A stretch of 55,588 nucleotides of DNA, taken from NCBI GenBank assembly GCA_028691765.1, contig JAQUYS010000001.1, positions 1 through 55,588 of the forward strand, given 5' to 3'. Below the pieces are notes generated by a model. It saw only the letters and a program-made list of their open reading frames with translations, did no database searches and had not been told where the DNA came from. Positions 27,520 to 37,100 of the stretch are shown here, one piece after another (the first letter of the stretch is position 1; each line of letters begins with the position of its first letter). The stretch is from Candidatus Nanoarchaeia archaeon (GTDB taxonomy: Archaea > Nanobdellota > Nanobdellia > Woesearchaeales > SKGA01). A program made the position numbers and the translations under genes.

Positions 27520-27672
27520 TTAAAGAGAATTTAAAATTATAATTAATATTACTATTAGCGCAGAAAGGGCTAAAACCATTTGTGGCGAAATAGATATTTT
27601 GGATTTAGTTTCATTATAATATTGAGTTATACCTGCTCCACTTGAAGGCATACTTATTCTATCTTGTGCCAT
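27520..27672 (-). CDS. Preprotein translocase subunit Sec61-beta (50 aa; below the ORF-track size cut-off)
   Basis: My translation is MAQDRISMPSSGAGITQYYNETKSKISISPQMVLALSALIVILIIILNSL. It shows the archaeal Sec61-beta signature (SGAGlxxYyxE...isP..Vl plus a C-terminal TM). TATA box 28 nt upstream of the ATG. Confidence 0.8.
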   Translation of the reverse strand: MAQDRISMPSSGAGITQYYNETKSKISISPQMVLALSALIVILIIILNSL

Positions 27673-27695
27673 ATTAACTTGGAACAATAAAGACA

Positions 27696-27703
27696 TTTAT
27701 AAA
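27696..27703 (-). promoter_or_regulatory. TATA box for the sec61-beta/nac unit (leaderless spacing)
   Basis: TTTATAAA is centred 28 nt upstream of the ATG at 27672. Confidence 0.5.
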
Positions 27704-27728
27704 CATTTCTTTATATATTAAAAGAAAA

Positions 27729-28024
27729 AGTGTAGAATTACAATAAGCCACCTTTTGTAAAGGTCAAACAAAAAAAGATTTTGCGATACCTTTTGGCAGT
27801 ATTTGACTAAGCGTCTTACGACTTGCATCAACCAGGTGCTCAAATTTCATCCTTTCTTTTGGCGAAGTCAGTTTTTCACATCATTCCATAAACCAAAAAA
27901 GGTGTATTTCTGTACGGTTTACCAATCATATTCTGATTCTTGACTTTCATCAAGTGGTCTTGCACAAAGCATAGATGGGCGGACTTTCCTAAGGATTTAA
28001 CCCTAAACTACCTAGTAATCCTAC
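27729..28024 (-). ncRNA. rnpB: RNase P RNA
   Basis: Minus-strand reading: the 5' GUAGGAUUAC pairs with the 3' GUAAUUCUAC (P1). CR-I is UUAGGAAAGUCCGCCCAU. CR-V-like is ACAAAAGGUGGCUUAU, with GGUGGCUU able to pair with AAGUCCGCC (P4, one bulged nucleotide). TATA box at -27 and an oligo-U run (UUUUUCUUU) directly after the 3' end. Locally GC-rich. Confidence 0.88.
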
Positions 28025-28046
28025 AATAAATTGAAAACTTATTGGA

Positions 28047-28054
28047 TTTATAAA
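28047..28054 (-). promoter_or_regulatory. TATA box for RNase P RNA
   Basis: TTTATAAA is centred 27 nt upstream of the first P1 nucleotide (28024). Confidence 0.6.
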
Positions 28055-28091
28055 GTTGATGTGTAAAATTTTCGGTTTAAATACCCATACA

Positions 28092-28099
28092 TTTATAAA
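28092..28099 (+). promoter_or_regulatory. TATA box for the ABC transporter operon
   Basis: TTTATAAA is centred about 29 nt upstream of the TTG start at 28125. Confidence 0.45.
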
Positions 28100-28124
28100 T
28101 GAAATATTTTAAATTAGAGTTAAA

Positions 28125-29111
28125 TTGGCAGATCCTATTTTTAAAATAAACAAATTATGCAAGTCTTATTCAGGTAAAACTGTTTTAAAGAACATTGATT
28201 TAGAAATAATGCCTGGTGAAATAATAGGAATAATAGGTGCGAGTGGTAGTGGTAAAACTACATTATTAAACACCATGATAGGATTTGTAAGGCCGGATTC
28301 AGGAGATGTTCAGTTTCGATTGAACCATTTATTAACGTTTAAAGATAATTGCATTTATAGATCAGTTTATGAAAAAGTTGAAACTGCAAAAAAAGTTTAT
28401 GGTTTTGCGTCACAAATTCCTTCAGTATATGAAGAATTGACTGTTAAAGAAAATTTAGAATATTTTGGAATATTACATAATTTAAGTACAGATGCAATTA
28501 AAGCTAATACTGATACATTACTTTCTTTAATGAATTTACAATATGCAACAAACATACAAGCTAAAAATCTTTCAGGGGGAATGAAAAGAAGATTAGATAT
28601 TGCGTGTTCATTGATGCATGATCCTGAAGTTTTAATTTTAGACGAGCCAACATCTGATTTAGATCCTATAAATAGAATAGATATTTGGTCTTTAATAAAA
28701 AAAATCAATAAAAAAGGAACAACAATCATTTTATCAAGCCACCATTTAAATGAATTAGAAACATTATGTGATCGTATTGCAATTTTAAAAGATTCTCAAT
28801 TTGCAGCAGTTGATAAAACTGAGAATTTGAAAAAAATGTTTGTAAAAAAACAAGAAATAATTTTTGAGAGTGAACCTGGCAATTATAAAAAAATTATGCG
28901 TTCCATGCCTAAAAAATATTCAGACAGATTTAAAATATTTGAAAATGAATCAAGAATAGGCACGGATGATAATTCAGAAACAATTAAAGATTTGTTAAGC
29001 GCAATAAAAGATAACGAAGAAAAAATATTATCTATAAATGTGGTTAAACCGTCTTTAGATGACGTTTTCTTATCAATATTAGAACACAAAGAGAGGGAAG
29101 ATGTAGAATGA
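28125..29111 (+). CDS. ABC transporter ATP-binding protein
   Basis: Walker A GASGSGKTT, signature LSGGMKRRL, Walker B VLILDEPTSDLD, H-loop SSHHL. TTG start as in the track. Confidence 0.9.
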   Translation: MADPIFKINKLCKSYSGKTVLKNIDLEIMPGEIIGIIGASGSGKTTLLNTMIGFVRPDSGDVQFRLNHLLTFKDNCIYRSVYEKVETAKKVYGFASQIPSVYEELTVKENLEYFGILHNLSTDAIKANTDTLLSLMNLQYATNIQAKNLSGGMKRRLDIACSLMHDPEVLILDEPTSDLDPINRIDIWSLIKKINKKGTTIILSSHHLNELETLCDRIAILKDSQFAAVDKTENLKKMFVKKQEIIFESEPGNYKKIMRSMPKKYSDRFKIFENESRIGTDDNSETIKDLLSAIKDNEEKILSINVVKPSLDDVFLSILEHKEREDVE

Positions 29112-31168
29112 AGATTTTTAAAGTGTTACAAAAGAATTTTAAAATACTTTTTAGAAAGAAAACTTCATTTTTTACAATATTTCTAGGACCATTATTTGTT
29201 ATTTTACTTATGAGTTTTACATTTAGTTCTAATTCAGAAATGCAAATGTCAATCGGATACATTTCTCCAGATGATAGTCCTTTAACTAATGAATTTGTTA
29301 CTAATTTAAAAACAAACTATCTTGCAAAACAATTTTGGGAAAAAGATACTTGTGTTCATGAATTAGAGAGTGGTTTAATGCATGCATGTATATTATTTCC
29401 GGAAAATTTTGAAATAGAAAATAATAAAACAAACAACATTATTTTTGTAGTGGATAAATCTCGTATTAGTTTAGTTTATTCAGTTATTGAAAGTATTTCT
29501 TCAGATATTGATGTGAAAACAGAAGAACTTAGTAAAGATTTAACTGATAAAATAGTTTCAACTTTAACGAATATAAACACTAAATTAGATTCAACATTGG
29601 CAATAGTAATTAAAACTAAAGCAAAGACAACTGAACAAGAAGGTTCTGCAACTGAAATTGGAAACGATATGAAAGAAATCAGCGATGATTTGAAAGATGT
29701 TGATTTTACAAATTTAGATACTAGTATTGATTCACTTCATCAATACACTAAAAACATTTATGATGGAGTTTATTCTGAAGCAGGAGATTGTTTAGATATT
29801 GTAGAAACTTCTGAAATGGATGCTACTTTAGCTGCAGAACTAGAAGATGAATTAACGGCCATAAGAAATGTTACCAAAACAAACTATGACAACAGTTCTT
29901 CTAAAATAACTGATATTGCTACTTTAGTAGATAGTGCAATTTCGACAATAGAAAAGATAGAAACATTAAGTAGCGAACAATCTAGCAGTTTAACAAAGAT
30001 GAAAACAGATTTATCCCAAATGACTATTGATCTTGGAACTGTAAAAAGCAATATTGAATCAATGCAAAATGAAATAAATAATATTCAAGTGACATCTACA
30101 GAGAACATTGTTAATCCAATAACAACTTCAATTGAAACAACTTCTTCAGCAGGAAATAACAAATTAGCTTTAATTTTCCCATATTTATTAATTTTATTAA
30201 TTATGTTCACAAGTTTACTTTTATCAAGCACATTAGTTGTTGTTGAAAAAGAATCAAATGCCGCATTTAGAACATTCACCACTCCAACAAGAGATGAATT
30301 TTTTGTATTTACAACATTTTTAACAGCATTTATGGTTGTAATAATTCAATTAATAATAATTTTAGCAGCTGTGAGTTATTTCTTATTTGATTTTATATTA
30401 GCAAATATTTATGTGAATATTACACTTATACTTTTAGCAACCGCATTATTCATTATGTTAGGAATGATGATTGGATACTTATTGAAAACTCAACAAGCTA
30501 CAAATATGGCTACAATCTTCTTAGGAACTATACTTTTATTCATATCGAACATAGTATTTCCAATAGAAACAATTTCTCCGAGTTTAAAACTGATTGCACA
30601 ATATAATCCATTTGTAATTACATCTGAATTACTTAGACAATCCATTGTGTTTAATACAGGATTTTCCGAGATGGCACTTCAATTAGCAATAATATTTTTT
30701 TACAGCATCATATTTTTAGTGTTAATTTTGATGTTTCAAAAGATTTCAAAATCAAATTACTTTAATAAATTTGCACACATGAGAAGTGGAATTAATAAGT
30801 TTGTTCCTGAATCAATATTAATTGATGCGGTAGAAATTAAAAGTAAAGAAGAATTGGTTTCTAAATTAGAAAATATTGACGATGAAAAGTACGATAAATT
30901 CAAAAAAGATAGTTATAAACAATTCAAAGAATTTTTGGAAGTTAAATTAGATGAAGACAAACTTGGAAATCTTAAAAAAATGACTAGAGAACAATTAATA
31001 ACCAAGTTAAAAAATAGAATTCAAAAAAATGAAGAGTTAATTAAAAACGACTCCACTGTTTTTGATGGAAAATATTTATCTGAAGAAGAACAACACAAAA
31101 AGAAATCTAAAAAAGATAAGAAAAAGGAAGAAGTTATAGAAGAAGATCCTTCAGAAGAAGAACAATAA
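29108..31168 (+). CDS. ABC-2 type permease with large extracytoplasmic coiled-coil domain (YhgE/Pip-like) and a Lys/Glu-rich C-terminal tail
   Basis: 4-nt overlap with the ATPase gene. One N-terminal TM, about 330 aa of extracytoplasmic region, five clustered TMs (residues about 345-545), then a charged tail of about 140 aa. Confidence 0.62.
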   Translation: MKIFKVLQKNFKILFRKKTSFFTIFLGPLFVILLMSFTFSSNSEMQMSIGYISPDDSPLTNEFVTNLKTNYLAKQFWEKDTCVHELESGLMHACILFPENFEIENNKTNNIIFVVDKSRISLVYSVIESISSDIDVKTEELSKDLTDKIVSTLTNINTKLDSTLAIVIKTKAKTTEQEGSATEIGNDMKEISDDLKDVDFTNLDTSIDSLHQYTKNIYDGVYSEAGDCLDIVETSEMDATLAAELEDELTAIRNVTKTNYDNSSSKITDIATLVDSAISTIEKIETLSSEQSSSLTKMKTDLSQMTIDLGTVKSNIESMQNEINNIQVTSTENIVNPITTSIETTSSAGNNKLALIFPYLLILLIMFTSLLLSSTLVVVEKESNAAFRTFTTPTRDEFFVFTTFLTAFMVVIIQLIIILAAVSYFLFDFILANIYVNITLILLATALFIMLGMMIGYLLKTQQATNMATIFLGTILLFISNIVFPIETISPSLKLIAQYNPFVITSELLRQSIVFNTGFSEMALQLAIIFFYSIIFLVLILMFQKISKSNYFNKFAHMRSGINKFVPESILIDAVEIKSKEELVSKLENIDDEKYDKFKKDSYKQFKEFLEVKLDEDKLGNLKKMTREQLITKLKNRIQKNEELIKNDSTVFDGKYLSEEEQHKKKSKKDKKKEEVIEEDPSEEEQ

Positions 31169-31618
31169 ATCTTTAATTAAAAAAATAATTAAACCTGAAG
31201 ATAAAATCAACATAACTAAATTAACTATTTTTTCTGTGAAGCTACCAACTACTAAAGGACCACTAATTTTAAACCCGAGCATAAATAAATCTATTCCGGA
31301 TTTTGTAAACATGTCTTCAATTAAATGCAATATATATCCTAATGAAAAAAATATTGCTATAGAGACATTAAAAAAATTCAAAATATATGCTGAAATCAAA
31401 ACTGAATAGATTGAATGAAAAAATCCTCTGTGTGTAAAGAAAAAACCTATAATTTTAAATTTTCGACCTATTATTGAATTCATTTTATCTATGTCTGGAA
31501 ACAAAATTCCAATTAGAAAAACTATTGATAGAAAAATTGTTTTTGTAGATATTCCTAAAAGGAATAAAGAGATTAATGAAATTAAAATTCCTGTATTAAG
31601 GTGTGTTTTACCTTCCAT
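31151..31618 (-). CDS. Membrane-bound metal-dependent hydrolase, YdjM/DUF457 family
   Basis: MEGKTHLNTG, LFPDIDK, THRGFFHS and HLIEDMFTKSG motifs on a 4-5 TM scaffold. Confidence 0.68.
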   Translation of the reverse strand: MEGKTHLNTGILISLISLFLLGISTKTIFLSIVFLIGILFPDIDKMNSIIGRKFKIIGFFFTHRGFFHSIYSVLISAYILNFFNVSIAIFFSLGYILHLIEDMFTKSGIDLFMLGFKISGPLVVGSFTEKIVNLVMLILSSGLIIFLIKDLLFFF

Positions 31619-32339
31619 ATTTAGTCTCCAAATAAGCTATGTGTGTGATTTTATTTGAATCTTTATTAATTAGCGTTTGTTCAAACTCCAAAGGATATTG
31701 CATTATTACGTGTGGATGAAATGAATAACTTTTATACTTAAATGGATAATTGTTAAGAAGTTTGAAATAAAATTCGGGGGATAGATGAAAAACTTCCAAG
31801 GATAAATAATCATCTAAAGGAAAAATCAAATATGAACTTGTACTTATTTCAGTTATGGGGCTTGGAAAAAACATATTTCTAAAAATTGAGAAAACTGAAG
31901 CGTCGTAAGTATAATCATATTTCTTTAGTGAAAATAAAGTATTTAAATTAATCATCCTATATGGTGCTCTAAATCCTTTAATAGTTATGTTGTATTGTTC
32001 TTCTAAAATTTGTTTACATCCCTGAAGTTCATATTCTTTTAAAGATTTATTTGCGAAAGGCAATATTGAATGATTTTGTGTGTGACAAGAAATTTCATGT
32101 CCTTGTTCTAACATTAGGGGAATCATATTCGGAAGATTTTTTTGAAATTCAATAGTTACAAAAAACGTTGCTTTGGTATTGGTTTTTTCTAAAATAGATA
32201 ATAATTCTAACATTACTGTTTCATTGTCAGGAGATTCTGTATCGAAACTAATTAACAACACATCTTGAGAGAAAATATAAACACATGTAGAAAAAAATAA
32301 AAATAAAAGTAATATTAAACCATATTTATTAAGATTCAT
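31608..32339 (-). CDS. Secreted polysaccharide deacetylase (CE4 / NodB homology domain)
   Basis: Signal peptide MNLNKYGLILLLFLFFSTCVYIFSQ. CE4 motifs LISFDTES (variant of TFDDG), HEISCHTQNH (HxxxH) and FRAPY (RxPY). Confidence 0.72.
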   Translation of the reverse strand: MNLNKYGLILLLFLFFSTCVYIFSQDVLLISFDTESPDNETVMLELLSILEKTNTKATFFVTIEFQKNLPNMIPLMLEQGHEISCHTQNHSILPFANKSLKEYELQGCKQILEEQYNITIKGFRAPYRMINLNTLFSLKKYDYTYDASVFSIFRNMFFPSPITEISTSSYLIFPLDDYLSLEVFHLSPEFYFKLLNNYPFKYKSYSFHPHVIMQYPLEFEQTLINKDSNKITHIAYLETKYGR

Positions 32340-33429
32340 CTTCCAAATCTTCTATATCAAAAATTTCTTCTTCACCCATCATTTCTTCTGTTGTTGATGA
32401 GGTTGGTTGAGAAGCTTCTTCAGAAGCTTTTTTTGACTCCTTATTTGGAGTTAAGATTATTGGTTTTTCTTCAGTTGGTTGAGGATTTGAATCGATTTTA
32501 TAGACAACCAATTCTAATTGATTAAAAGCTTCGTTATTTTTTACTTTCGCTCTAATTTTAACTATTTTTCCTAATAAGTCATTTTTAATTTCTTCAATTT
32601 TAGAAGCATCGTCTTTTAATTTTATTATTTCCTCATCAGAAAGATTTAGTAATTGTTGTATTTGTTCTTTCCAAAGAGTTGCTCTAACATTATCACTACC
32701 ATCATCTAGAAATATATTCATTACATAATTAAAGGATGGTTCTTGGATACCATGTTCTGCGCAAGAAAATTTGCCTTCATTTGCTATTTGCATTCTTTTG
32801 TTACAAGTTGGGCAAGTTTCGAAGAATCTCGGATCATAAACTTGAACTATTGTGGCCATTACATCAACATATGTGTCGTTGGCAGTTATTTCTTTTATTC
32901 TTTTTATTTCTTCTTTGTATTCTTGTTTTTGTGCAACTACGATTGATTTTCCTTCTGGATTAATTATACAATTTGAAGAATTACCCATGTGAAGTTCAAC
33001 ACGACCATTATTTTCTTTGGCATATGCATTTTGAACTTCAATTATGTCTCCTTCTTCTATTTGATCAAAATATTGACATTTGTCATTCCAAAAAGTTAAA
33101 CGAGAAAGGCCTGTTTCATCACCCATCAATAAACTTCCAACTTTTCCAGCATGATCTTCACCAAATATTCGTAGTTCATATTTTTTTAATACTTTTCCAA
33201 ACACATGTACGCTTTTCATAGTTGGCGTTAAATCCTTTAATTTTACTTCTGCGTTAGATGATGTTGTTCTATCAGTTTGTATGCCTAATTCGCCTGCAAC
33301 AATATGTGCGGCACCTTCTTGAGATATTAAACCTGAAAGTGCTTTCATTTTTTCTTTTATTTTTTTGTCAAGTTCTTCTTGAGTAATTTTTCCAGAATCG
33401 AGAATTTGTTGTAGTATTTCATTAGCCAT
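32329..33429 (-). CDS. Replication protein A-like ssDNA-binding protein (OB folds plus Zn ribbon)
   Basis: The N-terminal helical module ELDKKIKEKMKALSGLISQEGAAHIVAGELGI is typical of archaeal RPA. OB-fold regions are followed by CPTCNKRM...FSCAEHG. Acidic C-terminal tail. Confidence 0.68.
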   Translation of the reverse strand: MANEILQQILDSGKITQEELDKKIKEKMKALSGLISQEGAAHIVAGELGIQTDRTTSSNAEVKLKDLTPTMKSVHVFGKVLKKYELRIFGEDHAGKVGSLLMGDETGLSRLTFWNDKCQYFDQIEEGDIIEVQNAYAKENNGRVELHMGNSSNCIINPEGKSIVVAQKQEYKEEIKRIKEITANDTYVDVMATIVQVYDPRFFETCPTCNKRMQIANEGKFSCAEHGIQEPSFNYVMNIFLDDGSDNVRATLWKEQIQQLLNLSDEEIIKLKDDASKIEEIKNDLLGKIVKIRAKVKNNEAFNQLELVVYKIDSNPQPTEEKPIILTPNKESKKASEEASQPTSSTTEEMMGEEEIFDIEDLEDES

Positions 33430-33560
33430 AATATCCCTCTATCGATATGAAAACTTTTGAAGTTTCAATATTTACAAAGTAAACCCTAAGGGCTTTTTAA
33501 GTGTTGTGTTATGCTGTCCAGTGTGACCATTGTTTTTTAAACTATATGTTTAAGAATATA

Positions 33561-34190
33561 TTATTTTAAGGCTTGAAAGATTTGTTCTATTTCTTTTTGA
33601 GGATATCCTTGGGAGATTAGATTGTTTTTTATATCTACTTGGGAATAACCTTGAGAAAGTAAAGATCGAACATATTCTTTTAATTGAAGGTTTATAGTGG
33701 GTTGTTTTTTATTGAGTTTAAATAATTTAAATAATAAAAATATTAAAAGAAGTATTAAAATAGATAATGTAGTCATTAATAGAATATTTGTTGTTTTTAA
33801 CTCAGTTGTTGGTTGGTTGTAAGTTTGTGTTTGCTCTTCTATATCTTGATTAGTTGTGATGGATAGTTGATTATTTGCGATTAATATTTCTTCTATTGAT
33901 TGTATTAATTCAGTTAAAAGAATGTCTTGTTCTATTTGTTCTATGTTTTGATTGAAATATTCTTTTAAATTGAGTATTTGAATTGGAGATAAGTAGTTAT
34001 TTGATTGTGTAATTTGTAATGAATTTTGTTCTATGTCCAAATATATCCAATTTGTAGTTTTAGGTTGTTCTAACGAATATATTGTTAAAGGAGAATCTAG
34101 AAAATCAATTTCACATTTAGTTGCATTTATTGATGATGCTGAAATTATTATAAGTATTAACCACATTAAACTATATGAGAATTGGTTCAT
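33561..34190 (-). CDS. Type I membrane protein (signal peptide, ectodomain, TM, 45-aa cytoplasmic module); last gene of the pilin-like operon
   Basis: Signal peptide MWLILIIISASSINA and TM ILLMTTLSILILLLIFLLF. The C-terminal TINLQLKEYVRSLLSQGYSQVDIKNNLISQGYPQKEIEQIF is shared with the C-terminus of 48963..52259. 20-nt overlap with the upstream gene. Confidence 0.6.
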   Translation of the reverse strand: MNQFSYSLMWLILIIISASSINATKCEIDFLDSPLTIYSLEQPKTTNWIYLDIEQNSLQITQSNNYLSPIQILNLKEYFNQNIEQIEQDILLTELIQSIEEILIANNQLSITTNQDIEEQTQTYNQPTTELKTTNILLMTTLSILILLLIFLLFKLFKLNKKQPTINLQLKEYVRSLLSQGYSQVDIKNNLISQGYPQKEIEQIFQALK

Positions 34191-37100
34191 TTAATTTCAC
34201 CTCTTTTACATATCTTTTACAACAGCCTCCTAAAATATTCAAAGCTTGTGTATTTATGGTGTTTGTTTCTAAGATTGAAGATTCGCCACAAATTAAATCC
34301 ATTGCATTTTGTATTGAATCTGGATCTGAAATTCCTAACGAGGACAAATAAGCATTAATTTGAGTTTGAGCTAAATTGAATGAGTCTTTTATTTCTATGG
34401 CTTTTATAGTTATTTGTTGTTCATCAAGTTTATTTGTATTGTTGAATTGGTCTGTTGTTGTTATAGTGATCTGATAATTTTTATCTTTTTCAAATTTTAA
34501 ATCATTCATTCCATCAGTCATGACATAATATTGTTTTGTTTGATTATTGTAATATAATTTATTTAGTTTTAAAGGATATAAAGATGTTAATAACAAATTG
34601 CTTGAAAATTCTTCTTTTTCATCAAGTCGTAATAGTATGAATTCATTTTGAGCAAAATCATTTTCAGTTAAGTAAAGATTGAAAGCATAAATATCTTCAT
34701 TTAAATTTTCGAAATTGAAAGACACTAAAACTGCTTCTGTATTTATGCATTTTAATTGCTCTTCAATATTTAAATTTAATTTTGACCATGTTGGCGGAAT
34801 CTTATCTTCAACATAAGCTGTAAATGAAACATTTTGATGGTCTTTAAATGATGTGATGAATCTTTGATTCTTTTTGTTGGAATAACAAATTGGAGGATCT
34901 GTTTCTTTGTCTTGGTAATAATACCAAGCAACATTGTTTTTATCTGTTTTGTAGAGGGCAAATAAATTGTTGGACACATCCCAAGACTGGATTAAATTGC
35001 CAGTTAATGAATTTGGATTTAGGATATCTGGAAGTTGATATATTTCAAAGTCCATATATGAATTTACCTTATTTTGGTTATTTGTAAATTTAAAAGTTAA
35101 TGATGTGGCTAGATTTGTTTCACTGCTGGAATCAATGAATTTTAAAGGATTAAATTCTAAAGCCAAATCTGGATACGAAGGATTAGTTTTACTTAAACCT
35201 TTAACGTTAATTAAATTTTTAACATAATAATTTCCCTCGAAATCTGGGAGAATTTGAAACATTTCTCCTTCAGGATTCATATGTAAGGTGTCTAAATAAA
35301 TTGGACATATACACCCTTCTTGTTCGTTTTTTTGGCAATCAATCATTTGATCTACGAATGAACTTCTAAATGAATCTATTTGTTTGAAGACAAGCCATTC
35401 TTTTACTTCTCCTGAAAGTTGTTCAAAATTACCTTGAACTAAGTTGGAGAAGAAACCAATTGTTTGTTGTAGTTGTAAATCCTTCATTTTTTCTGGATGG
35501 ATGTATGTGTAATCACTTGTGTGAATTATTTTGGAATTTGTGTTTGAAAATTTGGTTATTGCTTTGTCTATGCATTCTGTTTGACTTAACATTAAGCAAT
35601 CGTTGGCTAAGTAGGATATGAATTGTTCTAATACGTCGTATTTTTTTAAATCTATGTTTGCTGTTGTGGCGTAAGAAGATGTTATGGATATATGATTTTG
35701 AGAGTATGGTTGATTCTTTAAATAAATTGCTTGTGGTACAGAATCACATTGTTCAGAAAGTCCTTTGCCCATTAAATGAGGGTATCCCCAAGATTCTTCA
35801 ACTTTATTTTGCAAAGTAGTTAAATTTGTAATTGATTTTGACCATACTTCGAAAAAATCAAGTTTAGTTAAATCAGACCATTCAATAGATTCTTTTGGTT
35901 TTTTCAAACGTTTACTCGCTTCATTAATTATTTTTTTAGCATTACCTGGTCCAGAATTATAACAAATAGCGGTAAAATAAAAATTGGGATTCTCTTTAGC
36001 CATATATCCTGCATCAATTAAATAATTTTGGCACCACTTTAAATATTGTGCTCCCGATTCTATTCCTAGCTGAAGATAATTTATAGTAGTTCCATCCACC
36101 ACCTTAGATTCTTTATTAACTAAACTATCCCATTTACAAATAGTTTTAACATCATTACATGCATTCGGACTGATTTGCATTAAACCACAAAAATTATTGT
36201 TTCTACATGCAACTTCTCCAGACAAATACTTTGAAAGAGATGCTCCACCTGTTTCCGCATAAATTATGGCTTTAATAAATTCGGAAGGCAATTTTGTTCT
36301 TGAAGAACTACGAAGTATCGAGTTCGTTATAGCTCCATTATTTTTTAAATCATATTCATTTAATTGTTGTGTAAATTCATAATAATTAATTTCTTGTTGT
36401 CCTTTTCTAATTTGATCTTGAAGCCAAGCAGTAGAATCAAAATAAATTGAACAACTTTTCTCGGTTTCTTCGACTACAACTTCTTCTGTTTGTTCAGTTT
36501 GAACATTCTCTCCAAGAGGCAAATACCTTACGATTGCAGAGATTTGAGGATATAATGAATATGTTTGTGAATTTCGTATAGGTTCTTTTACTAAACCAAC
36601 ACCACCGAAAGAATGTATCACTTCATTGTTTCCAACATAAACCATCACATGTCCCATTGTTGTTTGATGATCTTTTTTTGTGAAGATTATGTCTCCGGGT
36701 TTTGCTAGTTTTAAAAGCTCTTGAGGCGTCATGGCTTTATTTGTTTTCTCCCATACTACTTCATTATTGGATTCTTTAAATTGCTCATAAAGTGCATGTG
36801 CACTTAATCTCACATCGGCTATTTGAGAAATATTTGCATGTTTACCAACCCACCAAACCCAACCTGAACAATCAAAACCAGGAATCATTAAATCTGTCGA
36901 CCCTGGAATGTTTCTTGGAGGATAATTTTCTTCAAACATATTTGAACATTTACCTCCTTCAGTTGAATCTGCGAAAGCGTAAGGGGACATTCCTCCCCAA
37001 ACGTAAGGATATTTATTGCCTGCATACATATATGTATTATAAAGTTTTATAGCTACGTCTGCAATGCAATCATTTGTTTGACAATTAACGATTTTTTCTT

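Noticed and set aside
33430-33560. Possible small RNA or third copy of the GC-rich insert (contains ccagtgtgacc, similar to tagtgtgact in the 4517..4589 insert)
   Set aside because: Only an 8-nt match (agtgtgac) and no flanking direct repeats. The region is adequately explained by the RPA-like gene's SD and promoter plus a short AAGCCC-UUA-GGGUUU hairpin after the upstream operon.
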